Origin: Gammaproteobacteria bacterium
GTDB lineage: Bacteria; Pseudomonadota; Gammaproteobacteria; Methylococcales; Methylomonadaceae
Direction of reading: 5' to 3'
NCBI GenBank assembly: GCA_024277935.1
Contig: JAJRUF010000190.1
Span: forward strand, 495-64,494
Length of the DNA stretch: 64,000 bases
The number at the start of each line of letters is the position of its first letter. The stretch's first letter is position 1. Of this stretch, positions 12,710-24,127 are shown piece after piece. Below the pieces are notes generated by a model. It ran no database searches, had not been told where the DNA came from, and saw only the letters and a list, made by a program, of their open reading frames with translations. A program made the position numbers and the translations under genes.

Positions 12710-14433
12710 TCGGCTTTAGTCAGTAATACCGGCATTGTGTCCTCCTTATCAGGTGCAACACCATAAATTCTTAGCGCTCCAGCCATAACCTTTGCAAATA
12801 TTGGAGCAGCCACCAAGCCACCATAATATTTCCCAGCACTTGGCTCATCTACCATGACTGCAATTACAAACCGTGGCTTACTGGCTGGAGCTAGACCTAC
12901 AAAAACAGCTAAATAACGATCATTAGCATAACCCCCTGCAATAGCCTTTTTTACCGTACCCGTTTTCCCTGCAACTCGGTAGCCATCAACTCTTGCTTGA
13001 TAAGCCGTCCCACCTCTTTCAATCACATGCTCCAGCATTTCGGTTACTTTTTTTGCGGTATCCTTTGAAAACACACGTTTTGCATCATAATCCACCTCTC
13101 GCTTTAATAAGCTAACAGAGTGCAAGACACCATTGTCTGCCAAAGCCGTAAAAGCCCTTGCCAGTTGTAACACCGACATTGAAACACCATACCCATACGA
13201 CAAAGTCGCATGCTCAAAATCATTCCACCGCTGAAAGTCAAGTAGTGAACCACTTGTCTCTCCTGGAAAACCAGCATTAGCAGATACCCCAAAACCTAAC
13301 TGGTTATAACTGTTCCAAAAATATTCTCTCGGCATACTTAGCGCAATCTTACTTGCCGCAATATTGCTGGATTTTTTCAACACATGCATCAAATCCAAAG
13401 TGCCATAGTTATGCACATCCTTAACTAAATTACGCCCCACGCGATAAAAACCATGCGTTTCTATCTTAATATTTTCATCAATAAAACCACCGTCCAAGGC
13501 AGCAGCAATAACAAAAGGCTTTATTGTTGAACCGGGTTCAAAAGCATCCAGTAAGGCACGGTTACGCACCGCATTAGCCTTTAACCCTTTTCTTGTATTG
13601 GGATTAAAAGCCGGCTGATTAGCTACTGCTAATATTTCACCATTTTTTGCATCTAAAACAACTAAAGCCGCAGATAAAGCCTTATTCTTTATAAACCCTT
13701 CTTGCAAAGCTTTAAAAGCAATATATTGAATTCTTTGGTCAACACTTAAAACAAGATCCTTTCCTGAAATAGGATCTTGGATATTTTCTACATCTTTAAT
13801 AACGCGTCGTCGACCATCCCTTATCACTCTTTTTTTACCCGGTATTCCTTTTAAACTTTGTTCGTAGCCCCGTTCCATTCCTTCTTGGCCAATATCATCG
13901 ACATTAGTAAACCCAACCACATGAGCAGAAACAGCCCCAGCGGGGTAAAAGCGTTTAAACTCCCTTTCAAAATAAACACCACTTATCTGCAATGCTTTTA
14001 TTTTTGCCGCTAATAATGGATTAATCCGCCTTTTTAAATAACTAAACCGCGTTTTAACCCCTGGTTTTAATAAAGCATTCACTTTTTTAGTGGGCACTTT
14101 AAGTAACTTTGCCGCTTGTTTAAACTTGCTCTCTTCGTTTTCTTTAAAAAATTTGGGGTTAACCCAAACAGATTCAACCGGGGTACTAATCGCTAAAGGC
14201 TCATTGTTTCTATCTACAATCTTACCTCTATAGGCTGGGACAGATACCACCCCAACATGCCTTATATCTCCTTGTTTTTGTAAGAACTGCTTATCTATAA
14301 CTTGCAAAAAAACAGCTCGCCCGACCAACACGGCCATTCCAAGCAACATGACGGCTAATAATAACTTTTGTCTAATCTCAAACTTATTTGCCTTATTAAC
14401 AGGGGCTGTTGATATATGCTTCGTCCCAATCAT
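12706..14433 (-). CDS. ftsI: Penicillin-binding protein 3
   Basis: SxxK (GSTIK), SSN and KTGT motifs. Confidence 0.96.
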   Translation of the reverse strand: MIGTKHISTAPVNKANKFEIRQKLLLAVMLLGMAVLVGRAVFLQVIDKQFLQKQGDIRHVGVVSVPAYRGKIVDRNNEPLAISTPVESVWVNPKFFKENEESKFKQAAKLLKVPTKKVNALLKPGVKTRFSYLKRRINPLLAAKIKALQISGVYFEREFKRFYPAGAVSAHVVGFTNVDDIGQEGMERGYEQSLKGIPGKKRVIRDGRRRVIKDVENIQDPISGKDLVLSVDQRIQYIAFKALQEGFIKNKALSAALVVLDAKNGEILAVANQPAFNPNTRKGLKANAVRNRALLDAFEPGSTIKPFVIAAALDGGFIDENIKIETHGFYRVGRNLVKDVHNYGTLDLMHVLKKSSNIAASKIALSMPREYFWNSYNQLGFGVSANAGFPGETSGSLLDFQRWNDFEHATLSYGYGVSMSVLQLARAFTALADNGVLHSVSLLKREVDYDAKRVFSKDTAKKVTEMLEHVIERGGTAYQARVDGYRVAGKTGTVKKAIAGGYANDRYLAVFVGLAPASKPRFVIAVMVDEPSAGKYYGGLVAAPIFAKVMAGALRIYGVAPDKEDTMPVLLTKAE

Positions 14434-14435
14434 TA

Positions 14436-14708
14436 TTAAGGTTTAAGATAAATAATTTTTCCACGCTCAGGCATTTTTAATTTTAATTTTCGAGCCGCTA
14501 CACGCTCCACTCTATTCTCTTCTGTTAAGGTTGTAAGCTCCAACTGCAACTGTCCCCACTCAACCTCATACTTATCTAAACTAGATTCTTGTACTTGTAT
14601 CGCTATAAAAACCAGTCTTGACTGGTACTTACTAGCAATCACAGCCAAAGCGGATACCAGCAAAACTAAAAGCAAGCTTGCAATTAAAGAGATATGAGAA
14701 AATGACAT
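14436..14708 (-). CDS. ftsL: Cell division protein FtsL
   Basis: TM helix plus coiled coil EWGQLQLE; lies between rsmH and ftsI. Confidence 0.92.
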   Translation of the reverse strand: MSFSHISLIASLLLVLLVSALAVIASKYQSRLVFIAIQVQESSLDKYEVEWGQLQLELTTLTEENRVERVAARKLKLKMPERGKIIYLKP

Positions 14709-14711
14709 TTG

Positions 14712-15638
14712 CTAAATTCTTTCAGCGACTCGCATAACTGCACTTCGCGCTCTTGGGTTTTGCATTAACTCTATTTTCCCTGCTTTAATGGCCTTACCTA
14801 CTTTTTTTAGTGCTCCTTGTTCAATATCAATTTCTTTAACAGGTAATCTACCTGGATTAAACTTTCTCCCAGACTCATTTCTGATAAATCGTTTTACAAT
14901 ACGATCCTCTAATGAGTGAAAGGAAATAACCACCATTCGACCACTAGGAGCCAATATATTTACTACCTGCTGAAGGCTATTTTTAATTTCTTCCAACTCA
15001 TTATTTATTTCAATTCTTATTGCTTGAAAGCTACGTGTTGCAGGGTGCTTATGCTTCTCTCGTCTAGGCACTACACTCTCAATCAATTTTGCCAGATCCA
15101 AAGTAGTTAAGATTGGCGTTTCACCTCGCCGCTCAATTACCGCACCGGCAATGCGTCTAGCAAAACGTTCTTCACCATATTCAAATAACACTTTAACCAA
15201 ATCTTTTTCTTTAACCTGTTGCAACCACTCAGCAGCGGATAACCCCGCCGTATCATTCATCCGCATATCTAAAGGACCTTCTTTCATAAAGCTAAAACCT
15301 CTTGAAGAGTCATCTAGCTGTGGAGAAGAAACCCCTAAATCCATTAACACACCATCAATCTTTCCAAACCAGCCATATTGCTTAACAACACTTTCCAATT
15401 CAGAAAAACAGCCGTGGTGTAAAGAAAACCGTGGGTCTTTACGCATTTCATCTGCATAAACTGAATTAATAGCGGCTAAATCACGGTCAAAGGCTAATAA
15501 TCGCCCATCTTCACCTAATTGCTTCAACACCCCTCGGCTATGCCCACCACGCCCAAAAGTACAGTCGATATAAAGACCATTAGGCTTTATATTTAAAGCT
15601 TGTAATGACTCCTCAAATAAAACAGATAAATGCTGCAT
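14712..15638 (-). CDS. rsmH: 16S rRNA m4C1402 methyltransferase
   Basis: DCTFGRGGHS, DLGVSSPQLD and NPRARSA motifs. Confidence 0.97.
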   Translation of the reverse strand: MQHLSVLFEESLQALNIKPNGLYIDCTFGRGGHSRGVLKQLGEDGRLLAFDRDLAAINSVYADEMRKDPRFSLHHGCFSELESVVKQYGWFGKIDGVLMDLGVSSPQLDDSSRGFSFMKEGPLDMRMNDTAGLSAAEWLQQVKEKDLVKVLFEYGEERFARRIAGAVIERRGETPILTTLDLAKLIESVVPRREKHKHPATRSFQAIRIEINNELEEIKNSLQQVVNILAPSGRMVVISFHSLEDRIVKRFIRNESGRKFNPGRLPVKEIDIEQGALKKVGKAIKAGKIELMQNPRARSAVMRVAERI

Positions 15639-16111
15639 TAAAAAGATAAGGCGCTAAGCTCTTCAAGGTCAGAGGCAGAAACATCATCCGCTTTCATTAA
15701 TTCACTCTCTTTCTCACCCCAGGCAGGTGCACTCCAAACTTCAAATTTATTTAACTGACCCACTAAAACGATATGCTTTTCCATTCCAGCAAAGGTTCTT
15801 AATTTTTCAGGTAATAATAATCTTCCTTGAGCATCCATATCACACTCCGTAGCGTTGCCAATTAAAAACCGCCGTAGTCTTCCTGCCATTTTATTTAAAG
15901 CGGGCAATTTACTAATGGTTAGTTCTAACTTTTCCCATTCAGGTAAAGGGTATAACCAAAGACAGCCTGCTTCGCCCACACATCGTTCATCCATTGCGAT
16001 TGTTACTATCATTTGACGCTCGCAACTTTCCTGTAACTCCGCCCGATAACGAGTAGGAATTGCAATACGCCCCTTAACATCAAGATTGATAGTACTTACA
16101 CCACGAAACAC
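15638..16111 (-). CDS. mraZ: Transcriptional regulator MraZ
   Basis: MFRG start, DVKGR and DAQGR repeats. Confidence 0.96.
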   Translation of the reverse strand: MFRGVSTINLDVKGRIAIPTRYRAELQESCERQMIVTIAMDERCVGEAGCLWLYPLPEWEKLELTISKLPALNKMAGRLRRFLIGNATECDMDAQGRLLLPEKLRTFAGMEKHIVLVGQLNKFEVWSAPAWGEKESELMKADDVSASDLEELSALSF

Positions 16112-16138
16112 AAATCACCCACAATTAAACAAAAAAAT

Positions 16139-16174
16139 CCCTTTTCCACCACTTTTCGCCACTTATCAACAACT
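16139..16174 (-). promoter_or_regulatory. MraZ-binding direct repeats upstream of mraZ
   Basis: Minus-strand AGTTG/AGTGG/AGTGG/AAGGG boxes at ~10-bp spacing, matching the known GTGG(G) MraZ operator. Confidence 0.75.
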
Positions 16175-16700
16175 ATAGATTTCTATTTATAGTCAGTCAA
16201 GACCGATTCGCATTTAAATCTTTGTTTTTTTACAATGCCTTAGCTCTATTTTTTAGCAACGCTTTATTAAGGCAATTTTTTTCAAAAAAAACTAATTCTT
16301 TATCATAAGGTTAGTAGCACAATCTAATTTTTTACATAAGAACGTTAGGTGTTTATCAGTAAGCAATAAAAACAATACCTAAAAAGGAGATTTAAACTTT
16401 TTAACCGCACTATTTACCAAGAATTTAACAAAAGTAATAATCCTCTGAATAACAAACAAAAAAATAGAAAAAATTAAGGCGTAAAAAGACAATTAGGAAA
16501 GAGTACACAGAAAAAATTTATGGGGGGGCTTCAGTAGCTAACAGATAATAGCTACTGTTTCTACAGACTTTAAACCAAGGGGTGCAGATCAAAAGTCGAT
16601 AAATAAGAGCAAAAGAAAAATTTAATTATTCACCAAAAACAGGTGGATTGAAAAAGTACAAAAAGATTTTACTTGATTTAGCTTAGAAAAAGATAAAAAA

Positions 16701-17060
16701 GAGTTGGCCTATAAGCCGGGTTCTGTCGAGAACAGCCATTCATCTAGGCCGCTAGTCACCTAACGGCTCAAGCAATCTACCCAGAGGCCGCGCGGGCCAC
16801 GCGTCTGCCTCTCTATTTGATCTTGCTCCAGGTGGGGTTTACCCTGCCACTGCTGTTACCAGCTAGCGCGGTGCGCTCTTACCGCACCATTTCACCCTTA
16901 CCCAGCCCCTGAAACTAGATTTCAGGGGCTGGGCGGTATATTTTCTGCGGCACTTTCCATAGGCTTACGCCTTCCAGGCGTTACCTGGCACCTTGCCCAG
17001 TGGAGCCCGGACTTTCCTCCGCTTTATTTTGCAATAAAACAGCGACTGCTCAGCCAACTC
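16701..17060 (-). ncRNA. rnpB: RNase P RNA (type A)
   Basis: Minus strand starts GAGTTGGCTGAGCAGTCGC, contains GAGGAAAGTCCGGGCTCC and ends ACAGAACCCGGCTTATAGGCCAACTC; the two ends pair (P1). Confidence 0.97.
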
Positions 17061-17351
17061 TTGTCTGTATTGTACCGCAAATAAGCCTGTTAATGATTAA
17101 TAAATCTGCAAAATAATAGCCTCTGTCTATACTTTAAGCTTAAACTCATCACCTAATAGTATTAAGCTAAAATCAACAAATATAGCTGAGGAACTTTCTA
17201 AAAAAGTCCCAGAATCACCACTTTAGATAAAAAGAACACTGAAAAATTGAGTAAAGACAACAAGGTATAACAAGATAGGTGGCTTTAAGCATCCATTATT
17301 TTTAATAAAATAACCTTGGCTTTTATTATACAAATTCAGGAATGACCATTT

Positions 17352-18557
17352 ATGGAATTATCAAAAAAACTAAATCAGTGGCAGAATGCGTAACTTATTG
17401 ACGGTGTTACTGCCGATAAAATTATTGAATTTGAAAAGCAACAATCAAAGCCTATTGCTCTCTGGGCATTTGGAGGTTTAGGTGCTTTTGCCATTATTTT
17501 AGGATTAGTGTCCGTTGTGGCTTCTAATTGGATGCAAACACCCAACTGGATAAAATTAACAGTCGACTTAATTTTATGTCTTGTTATCGCGTTAACTTTG
17601 TATCGTGTTATTTTACAAGAAAATCCCAGTGCTCGCAGTCAATGGTTACAGGAAGTATTAGTTATTTTTTATTATGGTTTTACGCTGGCCTCGATGGCAC
17701 TTATTGGCCAAACCTATCAACTGGGTGGTAGCATCGCCAAATTGCTGTTGGTGTGGACGCTGGTGACTCTGCCCATTGTATTATTAGGCCGAGGGAAATT
17801 TCTTTCCACTTTATGGATTATAGGTACAATTATCACGTATACATTTAATCTAGAAGTCATCAGCAACTTTATAGCAACATTGACTTATCAACGTTATATA
17901 TGGGAGTCTTTAGTTAGTGCCTTATATACCCTAACACCTTTCTTTTTTATATTGCTATCTCGCATTCCTTGGTTAATAAAAAACCGTCCAGTGATGGCAG
18001 GTGAACTTTCACGCTGTAGCTGGTTGGCTATCATTATTGGTGGCTGGTTTTGTCAATTTATGTGGTATGAGCACATTTTTGGTTCAGCGCAAGAAACAAA
18101 ATTGCTACAGCTCTTTCTAATTATTTGTTTTTTTGCCACTATGGTAATGCTAATATTTATTCCCAAGCTTTATCCCTCCCGAACAAAAAAGACTCAACTA
18201 GCAATGCGTATTGTATTAATTGCCACCTTCACCATCGGTGCTAGCGCATTGTGGCATGAGCACTCTTACCCTTTGATAGGTGCATTGAGTAATGTTGCTT
18301 ATATGATTGTTTTGACATGGGCAGCCCTTCAAACACATTCCATCAGGCTATTTAATATGATGACCGCACTCATCTGTATACGCCTGCTTTTCATTTACTT
18401 CGAAGTCTTTGGCTCAATGTTAGAAACCGGCATTGGCTTAGTGGTTGGTGGCGTTATAACACTCCTAGTCGTTTGGGGCTGGTTTAAAAAGGCAGGCTTA
18501 TTAGCTCAGTATTTTGGGCTTTCTCAACAAGATAAAGTAATGCGAGATACAAAATGA
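17352..18557 (+). pseudogene. DUF2157-like membrane protein with an in-frame TAA at codon 14 (17391-17393)
   Basis: ATG 17352 MELSKKLNQWQNA*LIDGVTADKII continues in frame into the 17508 ORF; ALIGQTYQL motif; followed by a GDYXXLXY gene. Confidence 0.75.
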
Positions 18558-19057
18558 GTAATAAAAAACTGTTACTGATTGTTATGCTCCCTTTTGTTTT
18601 ATTATGTTTGCTAATTGTACGTGCCGAATTCCATTTAAGCAGAGGGACGCAATGGGACTTTGCTATTACCGGCTATGATCCTCGTGATTTATTGCGTGGA
18701 CACTATTTACGTTTTAAACTGGCCTATGACTGGAAAACACCACGGAATAAATGCAGTAGCAAACAAAACTGTTCCTTTTGTTTAACCGAGGTCGGCAAGC
18801 AAGCCCCTATAGTACAGAAGATTGACACCCCTCTCGCCAAACAATGTGATGGTTTTATGCAATATGATGATCATCAAGAGCTATTAAATCGGTTTTATAT
18901 TGCTGAAAATAAAGCTAAATTAGCAGAGGGTTTATTGCGCCAAGCGAGGCTAGATGATACCGCTTATTTAAGAGTCTCTATCAATAAAGAAGGTACACCT
19001 CACATTGTTGATTTGCTTATTGATGGACAATCATTAAAGACGCTACTATCGAGGTAA
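18554..19057 (+). CDS. GDYXXLXY-domain membrane-anchored protein
   Basis: DPRDLLRGHYLRF motif; the usual partner of DUF2157. Confidence 0.85.
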   Translation: MSNKKLLLIVMLPFVLLCLLIVRAEFHLSRGTQWDFAITGYDPRDLLRGHYLRFKLAYDWKTPRNKCSSKQNCSFCLTEVGKQAPIVQKIDTPLAKQCDGFMQYDDHQELLNRFYIAENKAKLAEGLLRQARLDDTAYLRVSINKEGTPHIVDLLIDGQSLKTLLSR

Positions 19058-19117
19058 CAACCTGACACCAGCAAAGTGATAGACCGGCTTACTCATCGAA
19101 AAGCCGCCTTTTTTCTG

Positions 19118-19765
19118 CTAATGCTTCAAAACCCCCAATAAAATGGCTATATGTGCTATTTCAGCAATACTGGATACTTGTAACTTTTTCTTAATCTGGG
19201 TGATATAGTTTGCTACTGTTTTATACCCTAAGCACAATTCCACAGCTATTTTATGTGCCGTTAAACCCTTTGCCAACAACCGAAATATATCAAATTCTCT
19301 CGCTGAAAAAGTTTGAATAATCGACTGAAAATCATACTGATCCAAAGCTTCGTCAGTATTTTTTTTAAGTAAGCCATCCTCAACATAAGCGTGTCCGTTA
19401 TAAATAGCTTCTATGGTCTCGGGTAATATTTCAGGTGCGCTATTTTTAGTAATGTACCCGTTTGCACCTGCATTTAGAGCTCTATTCACATAGACCTTTT
19501 CATCATGTACACTAAAGACCAAAATTTTTACATTTTTATACCGAAAAACCAAGCGCTTGATCACTTCTAAGCCTCCGATGCCCGGCATAGATAAATCTAG
19601 CACAACAACATCTGGCAAGCAGGACGGATAAAGCTGAATAGCTTGCTCCCCACTCTCGGCTTCTGCTACCACTTCAATATTAGGTGAAGTGGTCAATAAT
19701 AACTTAAAACCAGCTCTTACCACCGCATGGTCATCGACTAACAAAACTTTAATTTTACATTTCAT
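19118..19765 (-). CDS. NarL/LuxR-family response regulator
   Basis: REC domain (VDDH, DLSMP, K) plus LuxR HTH. Confidence 0.93.
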   Translation of the reverse strand: MKCKIKVLLVDDHAVVRAGFKLLLTTSPNIEVVAEAESGEQAIQLYPSCLPDVVVLDLSMPGIGGLEVIKRLVFRYKNVKILVFSVHDEKVYVNRALNAGANGYITKNSAPEILPETIEAIYNGHAYVEDGLLKKNTDEALDQYDFQSIIQTFSAREFDIFRLLAKGLTAHKIAVELCLGYKTVANYITQIKKKLQVSSIAEIAHIAILLGVLKH

Positions 19766-21069
19766 ACCAAGGGAATTTCTGCCTTAATTTGCATACCTTT
19801 GTTAACTTCTGTATGTATTTTAAAATGCCCGTCTAATAATTTCACTCTTTCTTCCATCCCCAACAGACCAAACCCGGAGCTTAACTGATCATAATTACAG
19901 CCTACCCCATTATCAGTAACAGTCAAAACTAATCTATCTGGGCTTGGTTTGATTTGAAGGCTGACAGTAACCTGACTGGCTTGTGCATGGCGAATGCTAT
20001 TCGTTAGGCTTTCTTGTATAACCCGAAAAATTTGTATCACAATGGTTTGCTCTATATAGTCAACTGCATCATCATAATGCAGAATAAATACGGTTGATAC
20101 ACTTCGCTCTTCCCAGTGCTGAAGCAGGTCTTCTAACGTAGCTTTTAAGCCTAGCTCTGTCAGTATTAAAGGGTGTAACTGCTTCATCATTGAGCGAACA
20201 ACCGTTACTAAGTGGTCACAAATTTCGATAATAGATGTAGTGATTTGTTGGGTATTGGCTTTTTCATGAGCGGCTGTCACAGCCATTACCTTGATGGCTG
20301 TTAAAGATTGGCCAAACTCATCATGTAATTCTTGAGATAAGAGCCGCCTTTCTTCTTCTTGAATTTCCAATGAATGCTGAGTCAATGCACGGTTTTTCTT
20401 TTTAGTTTTATCCAGCACATCAGTCATATGGTTAATGGCTTTAGCTATCTCATCATATTCTCGGGTTGAAAACCCCATTAGCTTGTTCTGGTAGTCTCCC
20501 GTCTCAATAGCTTTTAGGTGTTCTACAATTGAATGAATGGATTTTATCGTTTTATTAAACACGGCTTGCACTGACAGAAAGGTCAAGAGAACAAGAACGA
20601 CCAAAGAGCTAAAAAATGCAATACTTTCTTGCCAAGCTTCGGAAATTTCATCCATGGGGTTAGCTTGAATAATCAGTTTTAATGGTAAACCATTGCGTAC
20701 TTCAATGGGGTATTCTATTTTGGGGTACTCTCCTTTGACTAAATTGATAAACCAGTCAGGTGGCGTTTCATCTATCTTACTTACTAAGTGGTGAGTAGGA
20801 ATATTCACTATCTCACCTGTCGACGTTCTTAGTTGAATTTTTAGATGTCTTGTCTGCTTCAAATGGCTCAATCGAAACAACCAATCAGTCTGGTGGGTTT
20901 TATTGGATTCCATTCCAATTTTAATTAACTGCAGAACTAAACTAATAGAGGAATCAACCTCATTATTGACTGATTCCCGTGCCTGCCAAATACCAATAGA
21001 ACCACCTAAAAGAAAAATAGATAATGAAATCAATAAAATCCTGATACTAATTTGATAACGTAAGCTCAT
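19762..21069 (-). CDS. HAMP + HisKA_3 sensor histidine kinase
   Basis: Two TM helices; ELHDEFGQ, QESLTNSIRHA, DNGVG and GFGLLGMEER motifs. Start at MSLRYQ preferred. Confidence 0.92.
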   Translation of the reverse strand: MSLRYQISIRILLISLSIFLLGGSIGIWQARESVNNEVDSSISLVLQLIKIGMESNKTHQTDWLFRLSHLKQTRHLKIQLRTSTGEIVNIPTHHLVSKIDETPPDWFINLVKGEYPKIEYPIEVRNGLPLKLIIQANPMDEISEAWQESIAFFSSLVVLVLLTFLSVQAVFNKTIKSIHSIVEHLKAIETGDYQNKLMGFSTREYDEIAKAINHMTDVLDKTKKKNRALTQHSLEIQEEERRLLSQELHDEFGQSLTAIKVMAVTAAHEKANTQQITTSIIEICDHLVTVVRSMMKQLHPLILTELGLKATLEDLLQHWEERSVSTVFILHYDDAVDYIEQTIVIQIFRVIQESLTNSIRHAQASQVTVSLQIKPSPDRLVLTVTDNGVGCNYDQLSSGFGLLGMEERVKLLDGHFKIHTEVNKGMQIKAEIPLV

Positions 21070-21331
21070 TGGGAATGATTTCCTTATTTTGGGGGCTATT
21101 CCAGTCATACACTGAAAGATGCTATCTTGACACACCCATATAAATTTATACAAGGCTTACCATAAAGCGAATTTTAGCCACACTGTATTGTTAATAAGGG
21201 CGCTAAAAAGACAAGAGAGAGGTAGGTATATTATTTATTACTGCCCTCTTACAGGTAACTTGTTATCTTCTTAATTGAATGACATTAACTACCCATGGGG
21301 CCGGTCGTGCGTAGTATTAAGTTAACAAACT

Positions 21332-22174
21332 TTAGTTCTCTTTCATATCCAAGGCGGCCTGATACAACACTTTTTTTCTAGCGCCGGTTATTTCAGTGGC
21401 CATTGCTACGGCTGTTTTAATGGAGCATTGTTTTAATAAAACCTGCAAAATATGATTTTGTTCTTCTGTTATCTCTGCAGTATGCTTTTCAATAACAGCA
21501 CCTTCTACCAATACAACAAACTCGCCTTTTTGCATGTTATTGTCATTTTTCACCTTTTCCAGCACACTTTCTAAAGTATCGTTAACGACTGTTTCAAACA
21601 ACTTAGTTAATTCTCTAGCCACTACAACACGACGCTCTCCTGGTATAACTTCTAACAAATCTTCCAGTGAAGCTAAGATTCTATGACTGGATTCATAAAA
21701 AACCCATGTTGCAGTTTCACTTTTCTTTGCATTAAAAAATGTTTTTCTAGCTGTTGAAGTTCTAGGCAGGAACCCTTCGAAGGTGAACCGTGTAACAGGT
21801 AGGCCTGATACTGATAATGCTGCAATAACAGCACATGCCCCTGGGATGGGTGACACTTGTATATCATGTTGCTTTGCCAGCTTGACTAATGGCATACCTG
21901 GGTCACTTAATAATGGTGTTCCCGCATCAGAAACTAAAGCAATATTTAAACCGCCTTTTAACTTTTCTACCAAACTTGGTGCGGCTTGCTCTTCATTATG
22001 CTGGTGCATGGAAATCAGCTTATTGTTGATTGAGTAGTGTTGTAACAACATTTTGACATGCCTTGTATCTTCAGCGGCAATCAAGTCGACAGTTTTTAAA
22101 ATTTCCACAGCTCTATAGCTAAAATCTGCTAAATTGCCTATAGGTGTTGCAACAACGTATAATTTACCGCACAT
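21332..22174 (-). CDS. rsmI: 16S rRNA Cm1402 methyltransferase
   Basis: LYVVATPIGNL, AEDTR, SDAGTP and ARELTK motifs. Confidence 0.97.
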   Translation of the reverse strand: MCGKLYVVATPIGNLADFSYRAVEILKTVDLIAAEDTRHVKMLLQHYSINNKLISMHQHNEEQAAPSLVEKLKGGLNIALVSDAGTPLLSDPGMPLVKLAKQHDIQVSPIPGACAVIAALSVSGLPVTRFTFEGFLPRTSTARKTFFNAKKSETATWVFYESSHRILASLEDLLEVIPGERRVVVARELTKLFETVVNDTLESVLEKVKNDNNMQKGEFVVLVEGAVIEKHTAEITEEQNHILQVLLKQCSIKTAVAMATEITGARKKVLYQAALDMKEN

Positions 22175-22255
22175 TTAATAATTTTATCTCTTAATTTAAT
22201 ACTAAAATTTGAGAATAATCATATCCTCATTTTTAATCAATAGGCTAGTCTGTTT

Positions 22256-24127
22256 ATGAATCGCCATTATTTTGCTGTCATTACTTTTTGCTTCTTTATA
22301 ACTTCGGGTTGCGCGACTGAGTCAACTCGACACTATCAGGTGTTGAATGAAGCTGTTATTGCGGAAGCATTCACTCAAAGTGGTCAGCATAAACAAGCTG
22401 CCAATTTATATCAATCACTTGCAAGCTCAAAACCCACCCAGCGTGATGAGTTTAACCTTTTAGCGGCTGAGGCTTTTATACAGTCAGGTGATAACTCAAG
22501 TGCTCAATCAATTATAAGCCAAATAAACCCTACTTCATTAGATGTTGAGCAAGGTAGTAAATTAAATTTAATATTAGCCCAGATAAACTTAAGTGAAGGT
22601 GAGGCGGAGCAAGCACTTAATAGGCTCAACAATATCCAGCCTTACAATTTATCACTGGCAGATCAAGTTATATTTTACCAGTCTATGGCTTTTGCCCAAT
22701 CTTTGTCAGGTAAGCCATTAAAAAGTGTTAAAGCACGCATTAAACTTTCAGCATTACTGCAATCAGTCGAGCAACAATCTGAAAATAATAAAGTTATTTT
22801 AGATACTTTAAGTTTATTACCCCCTCAGATGCTTAATTATCAGCAAAATACATCTGATAATATATTTAATGGCTGGATAGCTTTAGCAAAAATACTTAAG
22901 GACAGCAGGTTAAACCAAAGTCCAATTGAATTTCAACTTAATTTAACGGAGTGGCAACGGTTATATCCCCACCACCCGGCTAATACAGATTTTATTCTGT
23001 CCTATTCTCAAGGATTAACAAATACCTTTAAATCACCTAATTCAGTTGCCATTTTACTTCCTGAGTCTGGCCCTTATGCCAAAGCAACAGAAGCTATAAA
23101 AGCTGGTTTCATGGCAGCTTATCATCAATCAGCTCTAGCTGAACAACCTTCTATCCGCTTTTATGATTCAGCCATTGAAAATATAGTTAATTTATATCAT
23201 TTAGCTATTTCGGAAGGTGCGGAATTAATTATTGGCCCGCTGAGTAAAGATAACATTCAAGAGCTTGCTTTAAGCACCGAGTTAACAACCCCTGTCCTGG
23301 CCTTAAATCATGTTTCCAACCTGGCTAAAGATAATTTATTTCAATTTGGATTAAGCCCTATTGATGAAGTTAAAGAATTAGTTAATAAGGCAAAATCTGA
23401 CGGCGTTGAAAAAGTATTGATTTTGGCTCCAGAGTCAAACCAAGGCCATCGTATGGCTGCCTATTTAACCGATTTCTGGCAACAAAGTGATAGCACTGTT
23501 CTTGAAACTCAGTTCTACAATAGGCGTGCGAGTGATTTCACTCCATCAATAAAAAGTCTACTTAACCTTGATGAAAGTAACTATCGCTATAAAAGACTAA
23601 AACAAACCTTAGCCCGTAATATTCAATTTACAGAACAGCGACGTAAAGATGTTGATGCAATTTTTCTCTCTGCATCCCCCCAAAAAGCACGCTCTATTTA
23701 TCCACAATTACAATTTTATAGAGCAACACAAGTCCCTGTTTACGCATTGCCTGAAATATATTCTGGTGAACCCAATCCACCAGCAGATATTGATCTAAAT
23801 GGCATTATTTTTTGTGATATTCCTTGGGTATTTCCAAAGCTTTACAGTGGGGAACTCAGCAAAGAATCATTACGAGACAGTTGGCAACGCTTACCTCAAA
23901 AGTATTTAAGGCTTATTGCGCTAGGTATAGATTCTTTCAACTTAAGCTCAAGATTAGCTGACCTTGCAAATGCACCTTATCAAGGTGCAACAGGGGGGTT
24001 ATCTATTAATTTAGAAAATAGAGTCACTCGCCAGTTAAGCTGTGCAAAATTTATTAATGGTAGCCCCGTTATTCAGGAGCCTAAAGAAGAAGGTGAGCCT
24101 TTTGATTTACAAGACTCACCTCTCTAA
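22256..24127 (+). CDS. lpoA: Penicillin-binding protein activator LpoA (LppC family) lipoprotein
   Basis: Lipobox TSGC; AILLPESG and IIGPLSK motifs; divergent from rsmI. Confidence 0.9.
   Translation: MNRHYFAVITFCFFITSGCATESTRHYQVLNEAVIAEAFTQSGQHKQAANLYQSLASSKPTQRDEFNLLAAEAFIQSGDNSSAQSIISQINPTSLDVEQGSKLNLILAQINLSEGEAEQALNRLNNIQPYNLSLADQVIFYQSMAFAQSLSGKPLKSVKARIKLSALLQSVEQQSENNKVILDTLSLLPPQMLNYQQNTSDNIFNGWIALAKILKDSRLNQSPIEFQLNLTEWQRLYPHHPANTDFILSYSQGLTNTFKSPNSVAILLPESGPYAKATEAIKAGFMAAYHQSALAEQPSIRFYDSAIENIVNLYHLAISEGAELIIGPLSKDNIQELALSTELTTPVLALNHVSNLAKDNLFQFGLSPIDEVKELVNKAKSDGVEKVLILAPESNQGHRMAAYLTDFWQQSDSTVLETQFYNRRASDFTPSIKSLLNLDESNYRYKRLKQTLARNIQFTEQRRKDVDAIFLSASPQKARSIYPQLQFYRATQVPVYALPEIYSGEPNPPADIDLNGIIFCDIPWVFPKLYSGELSKESLRDSWQRLPQKYLRLIALGIDSFNLSSRLADLANAPYQGATGGLSINLENRVTRQLSCAKFINGSPVIQEPKEEGEPFDLQDSPL

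Noticed and set aside
16200..16700. Hidden gene between mraZ and rnpB
   Set aside because: Very AT-rich, with no credible ORF or structure.
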